Shown here: positions 47,194 through 56,533 of the stretch, one piece after another
How the letters are laid out: every line of letters starts with the position of its first letter
How positions within the stretch are numbered: the first letter of the stretch is position 1
Assembly (NCBI GenBank): GCA_964385625.1
Contig: CAYLPS010000010.1
Span: 31-64,030, forward strand
Direction of reading: 5' to 3'
Origin: an uncultured Anaerolineaceae bacterium
Lineage (GTDB): Bacteria > Chloroflexota > Anaerolineae > Anaerolineales > UBA4823
DNA: 64,000 bases
Position numbers and translations under genes: made by a program
The notes under the pieces: model-generated
The model's input: the letters and a program-made list of their open reading frames with translations, nothing else
Told to the model about the DNA's origin: nothing
Database searches by the model: none

Positions 47194-47966
47194 CCGGCCC
47201 GTCCAGTGGGGTCAATGAAGCCATAAGCCAGGCAGCCAAACTGATCAAAAAATCACACCGCACGGTGGTACTGACCGGCGCGGGCATATCCACGCCCTCG
47301 GGGATCCCGGATTTCCGCAGCCCAGGGAAAGGTTTGTGGACCCGTTCAGACCCGATGGAAGTGGCCTCGCTCACCGCCTTCCGCCACAACCCGGAGCAGT
47401 TCTACGCCTGGTTCCATCCCCTGGCGGTCCAAATCTACACAGCCCAGCCGAATCCGGCGCACATCGCCCTAGCCAGGCTGCAGGCTGCCGGATTCATCAC
47501 AACTATCATCACCCAGAACATCGATGGGTTACATTCACGGGCTGGGTCGGAGAACGTGGTGGAAGTGCATGGCACGCTCAGCACGCTAACCTGCACCAGC
47601 TGTTACCAGCAGGTGCCCTCTGATACGGTGCTGGATGAGTATATCGATAACTGCACAGTACCCCACTGCCCGATTTGCGGCAGCGTGCTGAAACCAGATG
47701 TGATCCTGTACGAGGAACAGCTGCCGTTGAAGACCTGGGCCAAAGCCGAGCAGGCCACCAGGGATTGCGAGCTGATGCTGGTGGCGGGCACCTCCCTGGA
47801 AGTGATGCCCTCAGCCAGGTTGCCCGTGGATGCCTTAGACCACGGCGCTCACCTGGTCATTCTTAACAACGCCACCACATTCATGGATGTGCGCGCCGAT
47901 GTTGTGATCCAGGGGGATGTGGCCGAGACACTGCCTTTGATCGCCGACCAGGTGATAAATTCCTGA
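47190..47966 (+). CDS. cobB: NAD-dependent protein deacylase (Sir2 family)
   Basis: GAGISTPSGIPDFRS, QNIDGLH, VEVHG, and the zinc ribbon CTSC...CPICG. ATGA overlap with the upstream gene. Confidence 0.9.
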   Translation: MTGPSSGVNEAISQAAKLIKKSHRTVVLTGAGISTPSGIPDFRSPGKGLWTRSDPMEVASLTAFRHNPEQFYAWFHPLAVQIYTAQPNPAHIALARLQAAGFITTIITQNIDGLHSRAGSENVVEVHGTLSTLTCTSCYQQVPSDTVLDEYIDNCTVPHCPICGSVLKPDVILYEEQLPLKTWAKAEQATRDCELMLVAGTSLEVMPSARLPVDALDHGAHLVILNNATTFMDVRADVVIQGDVAETLPLIADQVINS

Positions 47967-48039
47967 CGGGTGGTTCGAATTCGCAGTTATCTCACTTAAG
48001 TTGATCGATGATATTCAATGATTTGCGGCCTAAAGCAGG

Positions 48040-48996
48040 TTATGGCTGGAGCAATATTTTCAGCACCCCGGGCCGGGCAGCGTGCTCGAATGCAGCCAAG
48101 CCCTGCTCTATGGGGTAGACTGCTTCGATCAGTGGGGATGGATCAACCTTGCCGGCAGCAAGCAGATTAAGAGCCGGCTCGAAGGGGCCGCAGCGCGAGC
48201 CGACCAGGCTCAGCTCATCCACAACGATGGATGAGAAATTAACTTCCTGGCTACCCTGGTAGGTACTTTTCAGCACGATGGTGCCCCGAGGGCGCACACA
48301 CTTCCGGGCCAGGGTAAATCCCTGAGGTGTGCCGGTTGCCTCTACCACCAGGTCATACTTCTTCTCCCCAATCGCCGGTTCGGTGAGCGTGGTGATATTC
48401 CTACGGGCTAACAGTGCATGCTGGTTGAGGTGGCGGATCACCACATCCAGCTGGCAGCCGGTATTTTGCAGCACCTGCGCCACCAGCTGGCCAAGCCTAC
48501 CCGCCCCGATCAGCAGCACCCGTTGCTGGTGATCCAGGTGTATCTGCTCGAGAATCTCACAGGCAGCAGCCAGCGGCTCGCTGAATACAGCCAGTTTATC
48601 GGGCAGTTGGGCGGGAACGGGGTGCAGGTTGCTGACAGGCAGCAAGAGATTCTCAGCGAAGCTGCCATTCCAGGCATGGATGCCCAAAGTTTTACGCTGC
48701 TCACAGTGGCGCGGCAAGCCTGCCCGGCAAGTGGCGCACTCTCCGCAAGCGATGTTGATCTCGCCCACCACCCGCTTGCCCATCCACGATTTGTCGGAAG
48801 GTGAGCTCACCACCACACCGACGAACTCGTGCCCGGGGATGCCTCGAAAGGGGTGGTAGCCGCGCAGCAGTTCCAGGTCGGTGCTGCAAATTCCCGCCAA
48901 GCTCACCCGGATCAGCGCTTCACCGGCGCGCGGCACGGGGATGGGCACATCCTCTCGAAAGGTGAGTTGCTGGTTTTCGAGCCATAAGGATTTCAT
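48040..48996 (-). CDS. zinc-dependent medium-chain alcohol dehydrogenase family protein
   Basis: GICSTDLE...GHEFVG, the structural-zinc CGECATCRAGLPRHC, and the GAGRLG Rossmann motif. ATG at 48996 preferred. Confidence 0.85.
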   Translation of the reverse strand: MKSLWLENQQLTFREDVPIPVPRAGEALIRVSLAGICSTDLELLRGYHPFRGIPGHEFVGVVVSSPSDKSWMGKRVVGEINIACGECATCRAGLPRHCEQRKTLGIHAWNGSFAENLLLPVSNLHPVPAQLPDKLAVFSEPLAAACEILEQIHLDHQQRVLLIGAGRLGQLVAQVLQNTGCQLDVVIRHLNQHALLARRNITTLTEPAIGEKKYDLVVEATGTPQGFTLARKCVRPRGTIVLKSTYQGSQEVNFSSIVVDELSLVGSRCGPFEPALNLLAAGKVDPSPLIEAVYPIEQGLAAFEHAARPGVLKILLQP

Positions 48997-49006
48997 TAAA
49001 GTAACC

Positions 49007-50791
49007 TTACCTGGCACCCCTGCGCCCGAACTGACGCTCTAATAAGTCTACCGATAAATGGATCATTGTCGGGCGGCCATGCGGGCAGGTGCGGGGTGAC
49101 TGGCACACCTCCAGGTCGTTCAACAATGCCTGCTGTTCCTCAGGGGTGAGTACCTGGCCGGCTTTGACCGCCGCACGCTTGCACACCCGGGCGATAATGC
49201 GGGCTTCATTCTCTGCCAGCAGGGGCGTCTCATCCTCCTCGAAATCCTCTACAATCACCGCCAGCGCAGCCGAGGGGTCCATGCCCGACAGCAGGCTAGG
49301 GATGGCGCGCACCAGAAAGCTGCCCCTGCCGAACAGCTCCACGTGGAAACCCAGGCGGTTCAGCACCGGCAGCTGCTCTTCAACCAGGCGGGCGCTGCCG
49401 GCGGGCAGGTCAACGCTCACCGGCTGGAGCAAGACCTGGGCAGGGATGTGGCTGGATCCATCGGGTGAATGGCCGGATTCCTGCCATATGGCCAGGTAGC
49501 TTTCGAATAATACCCGCTCGTGGGCGGCGTGCTGGTCGATCAGGTATAAACCATCGGGTCCCTCCGCCACCAGGTAAGTGGAGGCGATCTGGCCCACCAG
49601 CCTGAGCAAGGGCACTCCCGCGCCAGGCAGGCTGGCCTGCCCGAGCTGCCCGGAACCAGCTGCCTGTGAAGGCAGGATGGTGGGAGCCGCTGGGTGTTCG
49701 TCCAATCCGGCTGCGATCGTCCACGCCGGGTCGACCTGCCTGCCAGCAGCCGGCGGAGGTTGCCGGTCATACCAGCGTAACCCACCCCCCAGAGATGGTA
49801 CTGGTGAATGAGCCAGCAATGCCCGGCGGACAGCACGCTGGACGCCACGAAAGACCAGGTCGGCATTCTTGAAGCGCACCTCTGCCTTGGTGGGGTGAAC
49901 GTTCACATCCACTTCCTGAGGTGGCAGCCGCAGAAAGAGCATGGCGATGGGGTACCTGCCCACCATCAGCAAGGTATGGTAGGCCTGGACCAATGCTGTG
50001 CCAAGCGCAGGATCGTGTATGGGGCGCCCATTGGCGAAGAAGCTAATCTCACGCCGGTTGGAGCGGCTAAGGCTGATGGGGCTGACGAAGCCCGTAATGG
50101 AAAGCCCTTGCTCCTCGGCCAGCACTTCCAGCATCTGCCGAGCCACTTCCACGCCGTACATGCCGGCCAGGATCTCCCGGCGGTTACCGTTGCCGCTGGT
50201 GAGCAGGGCAGGCCGCTCTTCCTGGTAGAGCTGAAATTGTACCTGCGGATATGCCAGCGCATAGTGTGTGACCAGCTCGTCGATATGGCGGCGCTCGGTG
50301 GTGGGGTGCTTTAAGAATTTCAGACGGGCGGGGACGTTATAGAAAAGGTCTTCCACACTCACCACAGTACCCGGGGGAACACCTACAGAGTGGATGCCCA
50401 CCACTCTGCCGGCCTCCACTTGCAAGCGCGCCCCACTGGGTGCGCTGGCATTGCGGGAGGTGATGGTGAGGCGCGAAACCGACCCGATGGAGGCCAGTGC
50501 TTCACCTCGGAAACCCAGAGTCTCGATCTTGAACAGGTCATCCGCAGAGCTTAGTTTGCTGGTGGCGTGCCGTTCTACGGCCAATAGCAGCTCCTGCTCG
50601 TCAATACCGCAGCCATCATCAGCGACTTCCACCAACCTACGGCCGGCTTCGCGCACGATAATCTTGATGTGGGAAGCGCCGGCATCCAGGGCATTTTCGA
50701 GTAATTCCTTGACCACCGAGGCAGGCCGCTCAACCACTTCGCCGGCAGCGATCTGTGATGCTACTTCGGGAGATAACACGTAAATGGGCAC
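49007..50791 (-). CDS. mutL: DNA mismatch repair protein MutL
   Basis: IAAGEVVERPASVVKELLENALDAG, DDGCGI, FRGEAL, and a C-terminal dimerisation domain with CPHGRPT. Confidence 0.95.
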   Translation of the reverse strand: MPIYVLSPEVASQIAAGEVVERPASVVKELLENALDAGASHIKIIVREAGRRLVEVADDGCGIDEQELLLAVERHATSKLSSADDLFKIETLGFRGEALASIGSVSRLTITSRNASAPSGARLQVEAGRVVGIHSVGVPPGTVVSVEDLFYNVPARLKFLKHPTTERRHIDELVTHYALAYPQVQFQLYQEERPALLTSGNGNRREILAGMYGVEVARQMLEVLAEEQGLSITGFVSPISLSRSNRREISFFANGRPIHDPALGTALVQAYHTLLMVGRYPIAMLFLRLPPQEVDVNVHPTKAEVRFKNADLVFRGVQRAVRRALLAHSPVPSLGGGLRWYDRQPPPAAGRQVDPAWTIAAGLDEHPAAPTILPSQAAGSGQLGQASLPGAGVPLLRLVGQIASTYLVAEGPDGLYLIDQHAAHERVLFESYLAIWQESGHSPDGSSHIPAQVLLQPVSVDLPAGSARLVEEQLPVLNRLGFHVELFGRGSFLVRAIPSLLSGMDPSAALAVIVEDFEEDETPLLAENEARIIARVCKRAAVKAGQVLTPEEQQALLNDLEVCQSPRTCPHGRPTMIHLSVDLLERQFGRRGAR

Positions 50792-50847
50792 GGGAATATT
50801 ATATAACAGGCTTGGGCTTTTCTTTCATTATCTCGTATAATAACCGG

Positions 50848-51498
50848 ATGCGTTATAAGAGCCTGTTTTTCGACCTGGATGACACGTTATACCCCTCTGC
50901 AAGTGGATTATGGGAGGCCATCAGGGCCAGGATGAACACCTACATGCAGAAATTCATGGACCTGCCCCTGGACGAGATTTCCGCCATTCGCCAGGGATAC
51001 CTGGAAAAATTTGGCACGACCTTGAGAGGATTGCAATCGCAATACCAGGTGGATGCCGATGATTACCTGGCCTACGTGCATGACCTGCCCCTCGAAAAAT
51101 TCATCAAGCCAGACCCGGAACTGCATAAATTGTTGCTCAGCCTGCCCCAAAAGCGCTGGATATTCACCAACGCAGACCGCAACCACGTGAGAAAGGTGAT
51201 CAGTATATTGGGCGTGGCAGATTGCTTTGATGGCATTATCGATATCCATGCGGTGGAATTCGCCTGCAAGCCAGATAAGCTGGCTTACCAGCGAGCATTG
51301 AGCATCACCGGCGACGACGAGCCTTCCAGCTGCGTAATCTTCGACGACGCGGTACGCAACCTTGCCCCGGCTGGCAAACTGGGCTTTTACACTGTGCTGG
51401 TGGGTAAAGATGGTCCTGAACCGCAGGTGGACCGGGTGATCCCCAGCCTGCACATGCTGAAAGAACACATGCCTGAATTGTGGGAGAACGACCGGTAG
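50848..51498 (+). CDS. HAD-superfamily hydrolase (pyrimidine 5'-nucleotidase-like)
   Basis: FFDLDDTLY motif I, FTNAD motif II, and FDDAVRNL motif IV. ATG at 50848 preferred. Confidence 0.8.
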   Translation: MRYKSLFFDLDDTLYPSASGLWEAIRARMNTYMQKFMDLPLDEISAIRQGYLEKFGTTLRGLQSQYQVDADDYLAYVHDLPLEKFIKPDPELHKLLLSLPQKRWIFTNADRNHVRKVISILGVADCFDGIIDIHAVEFACKPDKLAYQRALSITGDDEPSSCVIFDDAVRNLAPAGKLGFYTVLVGKDGPEPQVDRVIPSLHMLKEHMPELWENDR

Positions 51499-51503
51499 GC
51501 GGA

Positions 51504-52304
51504 ATGGCGATGAAAAGCAAGCAAATTTCGATGGAGCAGGCTGTGGAACTGGTTCACACCGGCAGCATGCTGGCGTTGGGCGGTATGACTCTTTTCAGGC
51601 GCCCCGTGGCATTTGTGCAGGCATTGATCTGCCATTACCAGAAAACCCACCAACCTCATGACCTGAACTTGCTGGCATTCACAGCCGGCTATGAGAGCGA
51701 CCTGCTGCTGGGTGCGGGGATGGTATCGCACGTGCGTTCCTGTTACTTCGGCCTGGAGATTTTCGGTTTCGCACCCATGTATACCGCATTAGCCAACGCT
51801 GGTAACGTGGAGACCATCGAAGAGACCGAGACCAGCATCGCCATGGGGCTACGCGCCCAGATGGCCTCAGTTGGTTTTATGCCCGGGCGTGGCTGGATTG
51901 GCACCGACCTGCCTAAGCTGCGCCCAGACGTGCACACCGTGATCGACCCCTACAGTGGAGAAGAATTGATGGCTTTCCCGGCCATCCAGCCAGACGTGGC
52001 GGTGATCCATGCGTTGAAAGCGGACCTGGATGGCAATGCCTTGATCGGGGATAACAAGGGCGTGGATATTGAATTGAGCCTGGCTGCGAAGGAGGTGATC
52101 ATCACTGCTGAAGAGCTGGTTCCCGAACTGGCCAAAGCAGACCTGGTGGCGCCAACCATCACCGCTGTGGTCCTGTCGCCTAAGGGAGCCTTACCCACCT
52201 CGTGCCACCCCTTATATCCGCTAGATACGGGAGCGATCCTGCAATATACCGAGCAGGTCAGTGACCAGGAATCATTTAATCGTTACCTGGCAAGGTTGAA
52301 TTAA
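51504..52304 (+). CDS. CoA-transferase subunit A-like protein (no adjacent B subunit)
   Basis: ISMEQAVELVHTGSMLALGG... and ADLDGNAL are typical of the glutaconate/3-oxoacid CoA-transferase alpha subunit. Confidence 0.7.
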   Translation: MAMKSKQISMEQAVELVHTGSMLALGGMTLFRRPVAFVQALICHYQKTHQPHDLNLLAFTAGYESDLLLGAGMVSHVRSCYFGLEIFGFAPMYTALANAGNVETIEETETSIAMGLRAQMASVGFMPGRGWIGTDLPKLRPDVHTVIDPYSGEELMAFPAIQPDVAVIHALKADLDGNALIGDNKGVDIELSLAAKEVIITAEELVPELAKADLVAPTITAVVLSPKGALPTSCHPLYPLDTGAILQYTEQVSDQESFNRYLARLN

Positions 52305-52372
52305 CGATTCTTAACTTTAATATAATGATCTTTATATAATGCATGCTTATACTCGTATGAGAGTCGGGAGAA

Positions 52373-53593
52373 ATGATGGAACCCATGAACAACAGTAATA
52401 AAATCCTAATTGGATGTGGGGTAACTTTCTTAGTGGTAGCCTGCCTGGCAGCAGGTTTTATCGGCGGTTATATCACTCGAGGGGTAGCGGTAAACATACC
52501 AGAAATCTCCACACAGGTAGCTTCGCCGTCTACCAGCACGGATGAGCTTTTCAAGCCTTTCTGGGATGCCTGGCAGATTGTGCACGATGAATACCTGGTA
52601 CAACCGGTTGATGATGAGCAGATGATGCAGGGAGCAATCCGAGGCATGATGGATTCACTAGGCGACCCGCATACTGGCTACATGAACCCGGTTGAGTACA
52701 GCGATGCCACCGCACCCCTGGAAGGTTACTCTGGCATCGGCGCCTGGGTTAACACTGAGGGCGAGTTCCTGACCATCGCCGAGCCGATCAAAGGCTCACC
52801 GGCCGAGGCTGCTGGATTGAAAGCTGGCGACCAGATCATCGCCGTTGACGGAGAAGATATGTCTGGCAGGCTGGCAGAAGTAGCACGCCAAAAGGTGCTG
52901 GGGCCAGCAGGCACCCAGGTGGTATTAACCATCCAGCGTGAAGGTGCCGACCAGCCTTTCGAGGTTACCATTACCCGGGCTCAGATCACCATTCCCAGCA
53001 CTGAATACAAGATGCTGGACGGGAATATCGCCTATGTGCGCTTGAACGCTTTCTCAGATACCACCGGTAGTGAGCTTCATGCAGCATTGACCGACCTGCT
53101 GGCTCAGAATCCCAAGGGCTTGATCCTGGACCTGCGCAATAATGGCGGCGGGTATTTAGACCAGGCGATCCAGGTGGGATCTGAATTCCTGGCAGAGGGT
53201 GTGGTGACTTATGAAGAATTTGGGGACGGCACTCGGAATACATATCAAGTTTCTGGGAAAGGAATTGCCACCGACATCCCCATGGTTGTTTTGATCAATG
53301 AATGGTCGGCATCAGCTTCTGAAGTGGTTTCTGGAGCCTTGCAAGACCATGGCCGTGCGCAATTGGTGGGCGTCACCACTTTTGGAAAAGGCACGGTGCA
53401 GAATTGGATTCCGCTGGCAGGTAATGAAGGCGCAATCCGAGTGACCATCGCCCGCTGGCTGACGCCCAACGAGCGTAATGTGACCGGCACGGGAGTAACA
53501 CCCGATGTCGAGGTGCAAATTACGGATGCAGATGTACAGGCCGGGATCGACACCCAGCTAAATAAGGCGGTTGAAATTCTATCTCAACCTTAA
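52373..53593 (+). CDS. S41 family carboxyl-terminal processing peptidase with PDZ domain
   Basis: N-terminal TM helix, PDZ domain (GSPAEAAGLKAGDQIIAVDG), and S41 core (LILDLRNNGGG, SASASEV). Confidence 0.9.
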   Translation: MMEPMNNSNKILIGCGVTFLVVACLAAGFIGGYITRGVAVNIPEISTQVASPSTSTDELFKPFWDAWQIVHDEYLVQPVDDEQMMQGAIRGMMDSLGDPHTGYMNPVEYSDATAPLEGYSGIGAWVNTEGEFLTIAEPIKGSPAEAAGLKAGDQIIAVDGEDMSGRLAEVARQKVLGPAGTQVVLTIQREGADQPFEVTITRAQITIPSTEYKMLDGNIAYVRLNAFSDTTGSELHAALTDLLAQNPKGLILDLRNNGGGYLDQAIQVGSEFLAEGVVTYEEFGDGTRNTYQVSGKGIATDIPMVVLINEWSASASEVVSGALQDHGRAQLVGVTTFGKGTVQNWIPLAGNEGAIRVTIARWLTPNERNVTGTGVTPDVEVQITDADVQAGIDTQLNKAVEILSQP

Positions 53594-53663
53594 TGTTCTT
53601 TCTGCAACCTTGAGATAAAAATAGCGTTAAATAATATGGGTAAATTTCCAAGGAGGCACCCAC

Positions 53664-54359
53664 ATGTTTTTTCTTGATCCAACCTATTTGCTATTCATGA
53701 TACCGGCATTCATATTGATGCTGGTGACACAAAGCTATGTGAATGGGGCATACAAAAAGTGGAGTAAGGTGGCAGTCAGCAGTGGATTAACCGGCGCCCA
53801 GGCTGCCCAGCGATTGATCTCAACGGGGGGATTGAACGTCAGTGTGGATGGGATTCGCGGCAAGCTATCCGATAATTATGATCCACGGCAAAAGGTGCTT
53901 CACCTTTCTGAAGGCGTGTATAATGGCTCGTCTGTAGCTGCACTGGCAATTGCAGCCCATGAGCTCGGCCATGCCATGCAAGACCGGGACGGATATTTCC
54001 CCTTACGGTTACGAGCCGCCATGGTGCCGGCAGTCAGTATTGGTTCCTACCTGGGGTGGATCTTGATCTTCCTCGGGTTGCTGATCCAGCAAACCCAAAT
54101 CGCCTGGCTTGGAGTGCTGGTTTTTTCTGGTGGTGCTCTCTTTGCCCTGGCAACCCTGCCTGTAGAATTAAATGCTTCCGCACGCGCCAAGGAATTATTG
54201 ACCAATACTGGATTGATCGTGGGAAATAATGAACGGCGCGGCGTCAACAACGTGCTCAATGCCGCGGCATTAACCTATGTAGCGGGATTGGTCACTGCAG
54301 TTATGCAGCTGCTTTATTTCGTCTCATTAGTTGGAGGTATGGGGGGACGCAGGCGCTAG
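53664..54359 (+). CDS. membrane zinc metallopeptidase (Zn_peptidase_2-like)
   Basis: AAHELGHAMQ HExxH motif, TM helices, and the NYDP...LHLSE pattern. Confidence 0.85.
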   Translation: MFFLDPTYLLFMIPAFILMLVTQSYVNGAYKKWSKVAVSSGLTGAQAAQRLISTGGLNVSVDGIRGKLSDNYDPRQKVLHLSEGVYNGSSVAALAIAAHELGHAMQDRDGYFPLRLRAAMVPAVSIGSYLGWILIFLGLLIQQTQIAWLGVLVFSGGALFALATLPVELNASARAKELLTNTGLIVGNNERRGVNNVLNAAALTYVAGLVTAVMQLLYFVSLVGGMGGRRR

Positions 54360-54432
54360 GAAGATCTGATATACCAATTTTCGCGGCAATATATCACTAT
54401 TTATTGTTGAGAAGATTGGTATAATTTATTTT

Positions 54433-55551
54433 ATGCGAAAATTCATCATCGCAATACTACTACTTCTGGGATTTCTTTTCGTTTTTTTCAGAATAGCAGA
54501 AATTCAATCGATCGGAGCGACATTAGAGAGGGGGGACTGGTGGTTTTTGGTCTTAGCCTTTGCAATTGAAGGGGTATGGGTACTTAATTTAGGCGCCTCC
54601 TTCCGTTCAATCTACCATGCCATCGGAATCGAAGAAAAAATCGGTATATTATCGCTGATCGTCGGAGCGGCTAACTTCATCAACACTGTTGCCCCATCTG
54701 GCGGGGTCGGGGGATTAGCAATTTTCATGAGCGAAGCACGGCGCAGGAATTACTCTCCCGGCAAGGCAGCAGTAGGGGGCGTGCTGTTTTTACTATTTGA
54801 TTACCTGGGATTAATTGCCATTGTGCTGGTTGGTATCATCATCCTGGTGAGGCGTGATGACCTAACCACAGTGGAAATCCTGGCTTCATTAGCACTGATG
54901 GGGCTGGCGGCGCTGTTTGCCTTCTTGTTAAAGCTGGGCATGCAATCAGCAGAAGCGCTCGGAAATGCTTTAGCCAGAATGGGGCGTTTCATCAACCGCA
55001 TACTCAAGCCCGTCCTTCACCGCGAATATGTATCAGAAGAAAAGGCACGTGAATTTGCATTGGAAGCTGCTGAAGGCCTGCAGAGAATGCGCCGGAATCC
55101 TAAAAGCGTGATCATGCCGCTGATCCTGGCGGTAACCAATAAAATCTGGCTGATCCTCATCCTGACCCTTACATTCCTGGCTTTCAGAGTGCCCCTCTCT
55201 CCGGGGACGATCGTGGCCTGTTTTAGCATTGGATATCTGTTCGTCATCATTTCACCGACACCATCAGGGTTGGGTTTTGTGGAAGGCGCCCTGACATTGG
55301 CGATGACCTCGATGTATGTATCGCTGGAAGATGCAGCGCTCATAACCCTAAGCTACCGGGGAATAACCTTTTGGATCCCGATGCTGTACGGGATGGTTTC
55401 ACTACGCATGCTCGAAAAAGTGGGTATAAAGCCCAATAACCATAGCGACAACCAGATTGAATTTCTGCCGGAAAGCAAGAACGATTCAGGCAACGGCTTC
55501 ATAAAATCGTTTAGAAAACATATTTTTCGGAAACGAACTTCTGAGGGGTGA
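54433..55551 (+). CDS. flippase-like / lysylphosphatidylglycerol-synthase TM-domain (UPF0104) membrane protein
   Basis: About 8 TM helices. PSGGVGG and TPSGLGFVEG motifs are typical of LPG_synthase_TM. Confidence 0.7.
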   Translation: MRKFIIAILLLLGFLFVFFRIAEIQSIGATLERGDWWFLVLAFAIEGVWVLNLGASFRSIYHAIGIEEKIGILSLIVGAANFINTVAPSGGVGGLAIFMSEARRRNYSPGKAAVGGVLFLLFDYLGLIAIVLVGIIILVRRDDLTTVEILASLALMGLAALFAFLLKLGMQSAEALGNALARMGRFINRILKPVLHREYVSEEKAREFALEAAEGLQRMRRNPKSVIMPLILAVTNKIWLILILTLTFLAFRVPLSPGTIVACFSIGYLFVIISPTPSGLGFVEGALTLAMTSMYVSLEDAALITLSYRGITFWIPMLYGMVSLRMLEKVGIKPNNHSDNQIEFLPESKNDSGNGFIKSFRKHIFRKRTSEG

Positions 55552-55631
55552 TCAACCAATAACAAGTAAAGCTCCTGCAGCTCTACGGTGACGGAAAAAC
55601 AGGTATTTTTACATATTTGTGTGATTAATGT

Positions 55632-55660
55632 TTGACCAATCTATATGCATCGGTTATAAT
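55632..55660 (+). promoter_or_regulatory. strong sigma70-type promoter of rpmH-rnpA operon
   Basis: TTGACC (55632-55637), a 17-nt spacer, then TATAAT (55655-55660). Confidence 0.6.
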
Positions 55661-55714
55661 CGAAAATCGTTTTATCAAGCCGATAAATTATGAGAAGGAT
55701 TCAGGTACTACAGG

Positions 55715-55891
55715 ATGCCAAAGCGAACTTATCAACCGAAAATTCGCCGCCGAGTGCGGGTGCACGGCTTCAGGGAAAGGATGTCAACCGCCGATGGAAG
55801 GAAGGTATTAAAAGCGCGCCGTCTCAAGGGGCGCTATCGCCTTACGGTAAGAAGCAACAACCACGTTAAGAAGATCAACTGGCGTGGGTGA
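55715..55891 (+). CDS. rpmH: 50S ribosomal protein L34 (with ~12-aa C-terminal extension)
   Basis: My own translation gives [58 protein letters not shown], 58 aa, which is below the ORF-track cutoff. The stop overlaps the rnpA GTG. Confidence 0.9.
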   Translation: MPKRTYQPKIRRRVRVHGFRERMSTADGRKVLKARRLKGRYRLTVRSNNHVKKINWRG

Positions 55892-56238
55892 ACCGCAATT
55901 TCCGTCTGACACAATCAACCGATTTCAAGCGGGTGAGGCGTGGTGGAAGGTCTTATGCTCACCCGCTCTTTGTGTTGGTGGTTATGCCAGCAGAAGGACA
56001 GAGCACGCGAATTGGTGTGACAGCCGGCCGCTCGCTGGGTGGAGCAGTGCAAAGAAACCGGGCCAAGCGTTTGATCCGCGAGGCCATTCGCCCATATCTG
56101 CCACGACTACAACCTGGTTGGAAGTTCATCATCATTGCTCGATTGCCAATATTAACTACCCGGTTTGCGGAGATTCGAACTTCGTTATACCAGCTGCTCG
56201 TAAAAGCTGATATTGTAATAAGTAACCATGAATCATGA
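55888..56238 (+). CDS. rnpA: ribonuclease P protein component
   Basis: [12 protein letters not shown]...[26 protein letters not shown]. Confidence 0.9.
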   Translation: MNRNFRLTQSTDFKRVRRGGRSYAHPLFVLVVMPAEGQSTRIGVTAGRSLGGAVQRNRAKRLIREAIRPYLPRLQPGWKFIIIARLPILTTRFAEIRTSLYQLLVKADIVISNHES

Positions 56239-56521
56239 AATACCAGATGAAATAGAAAATCAAATAGAACCCCGCCTGCGTGATTTGCCGGTAACCTTGA
56301 GGAATTTACCACGTATATCATTACTGGCGCTGATTCGGCTTTACCAGATGACCTTTGCACGTTCATTGCCTGCAAATACATGCCGTTTTTATCCAACCTG
56401 TTCGCATTACGGTTACCAGGCTATCTATAAATACGGTGCCATCAAGGGAAGTGTTATGGCTGCCTGGCGTGTTTTACGCTGCAATCCCTTCAACCGAGGT
56501 GGTTTCGATCCTGTACCCTAG
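56228..56521 (+). CDS. yidD: membrane protein insertion efficiency factor YidD
   Basis: LIRLYQ...[19 protein letters not shown]...A.RVLRCNPF. Confidence 0.9.
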   Translation: MNHEIPDEIENQIEPRLRDLPVTLRNLPRISLLALIRLYQMTFARSLPANTCRFYPTCSHYGYQAIYKYGAIKGSVMAAWRVLRCNPFNRGGFDPVP

Positions 56522-56533
56522 AAAAGACAACCG

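Noticed and set aside
47190-47966. The Sir2 gene as an NAD-depleting anti-phage effector (Thoeris/DSR-like).
   Set aside because: It has the full set of deacylase motifs, including the CxxC...CxxC zinc ribbon, and a housekeeping size of 258 aa. No sensor or partner typical of defence SIR2 systems is present.
47966-47990. GGTTCGAAT (T-loop-like) sequence suggesting a tRNA.
   Set aside because: The flanking bases do not form a T-stem (GGGTGG versus TCGCAG), and no acceptor or anticodon arms can be drawn. It is an intergenic coincidence.
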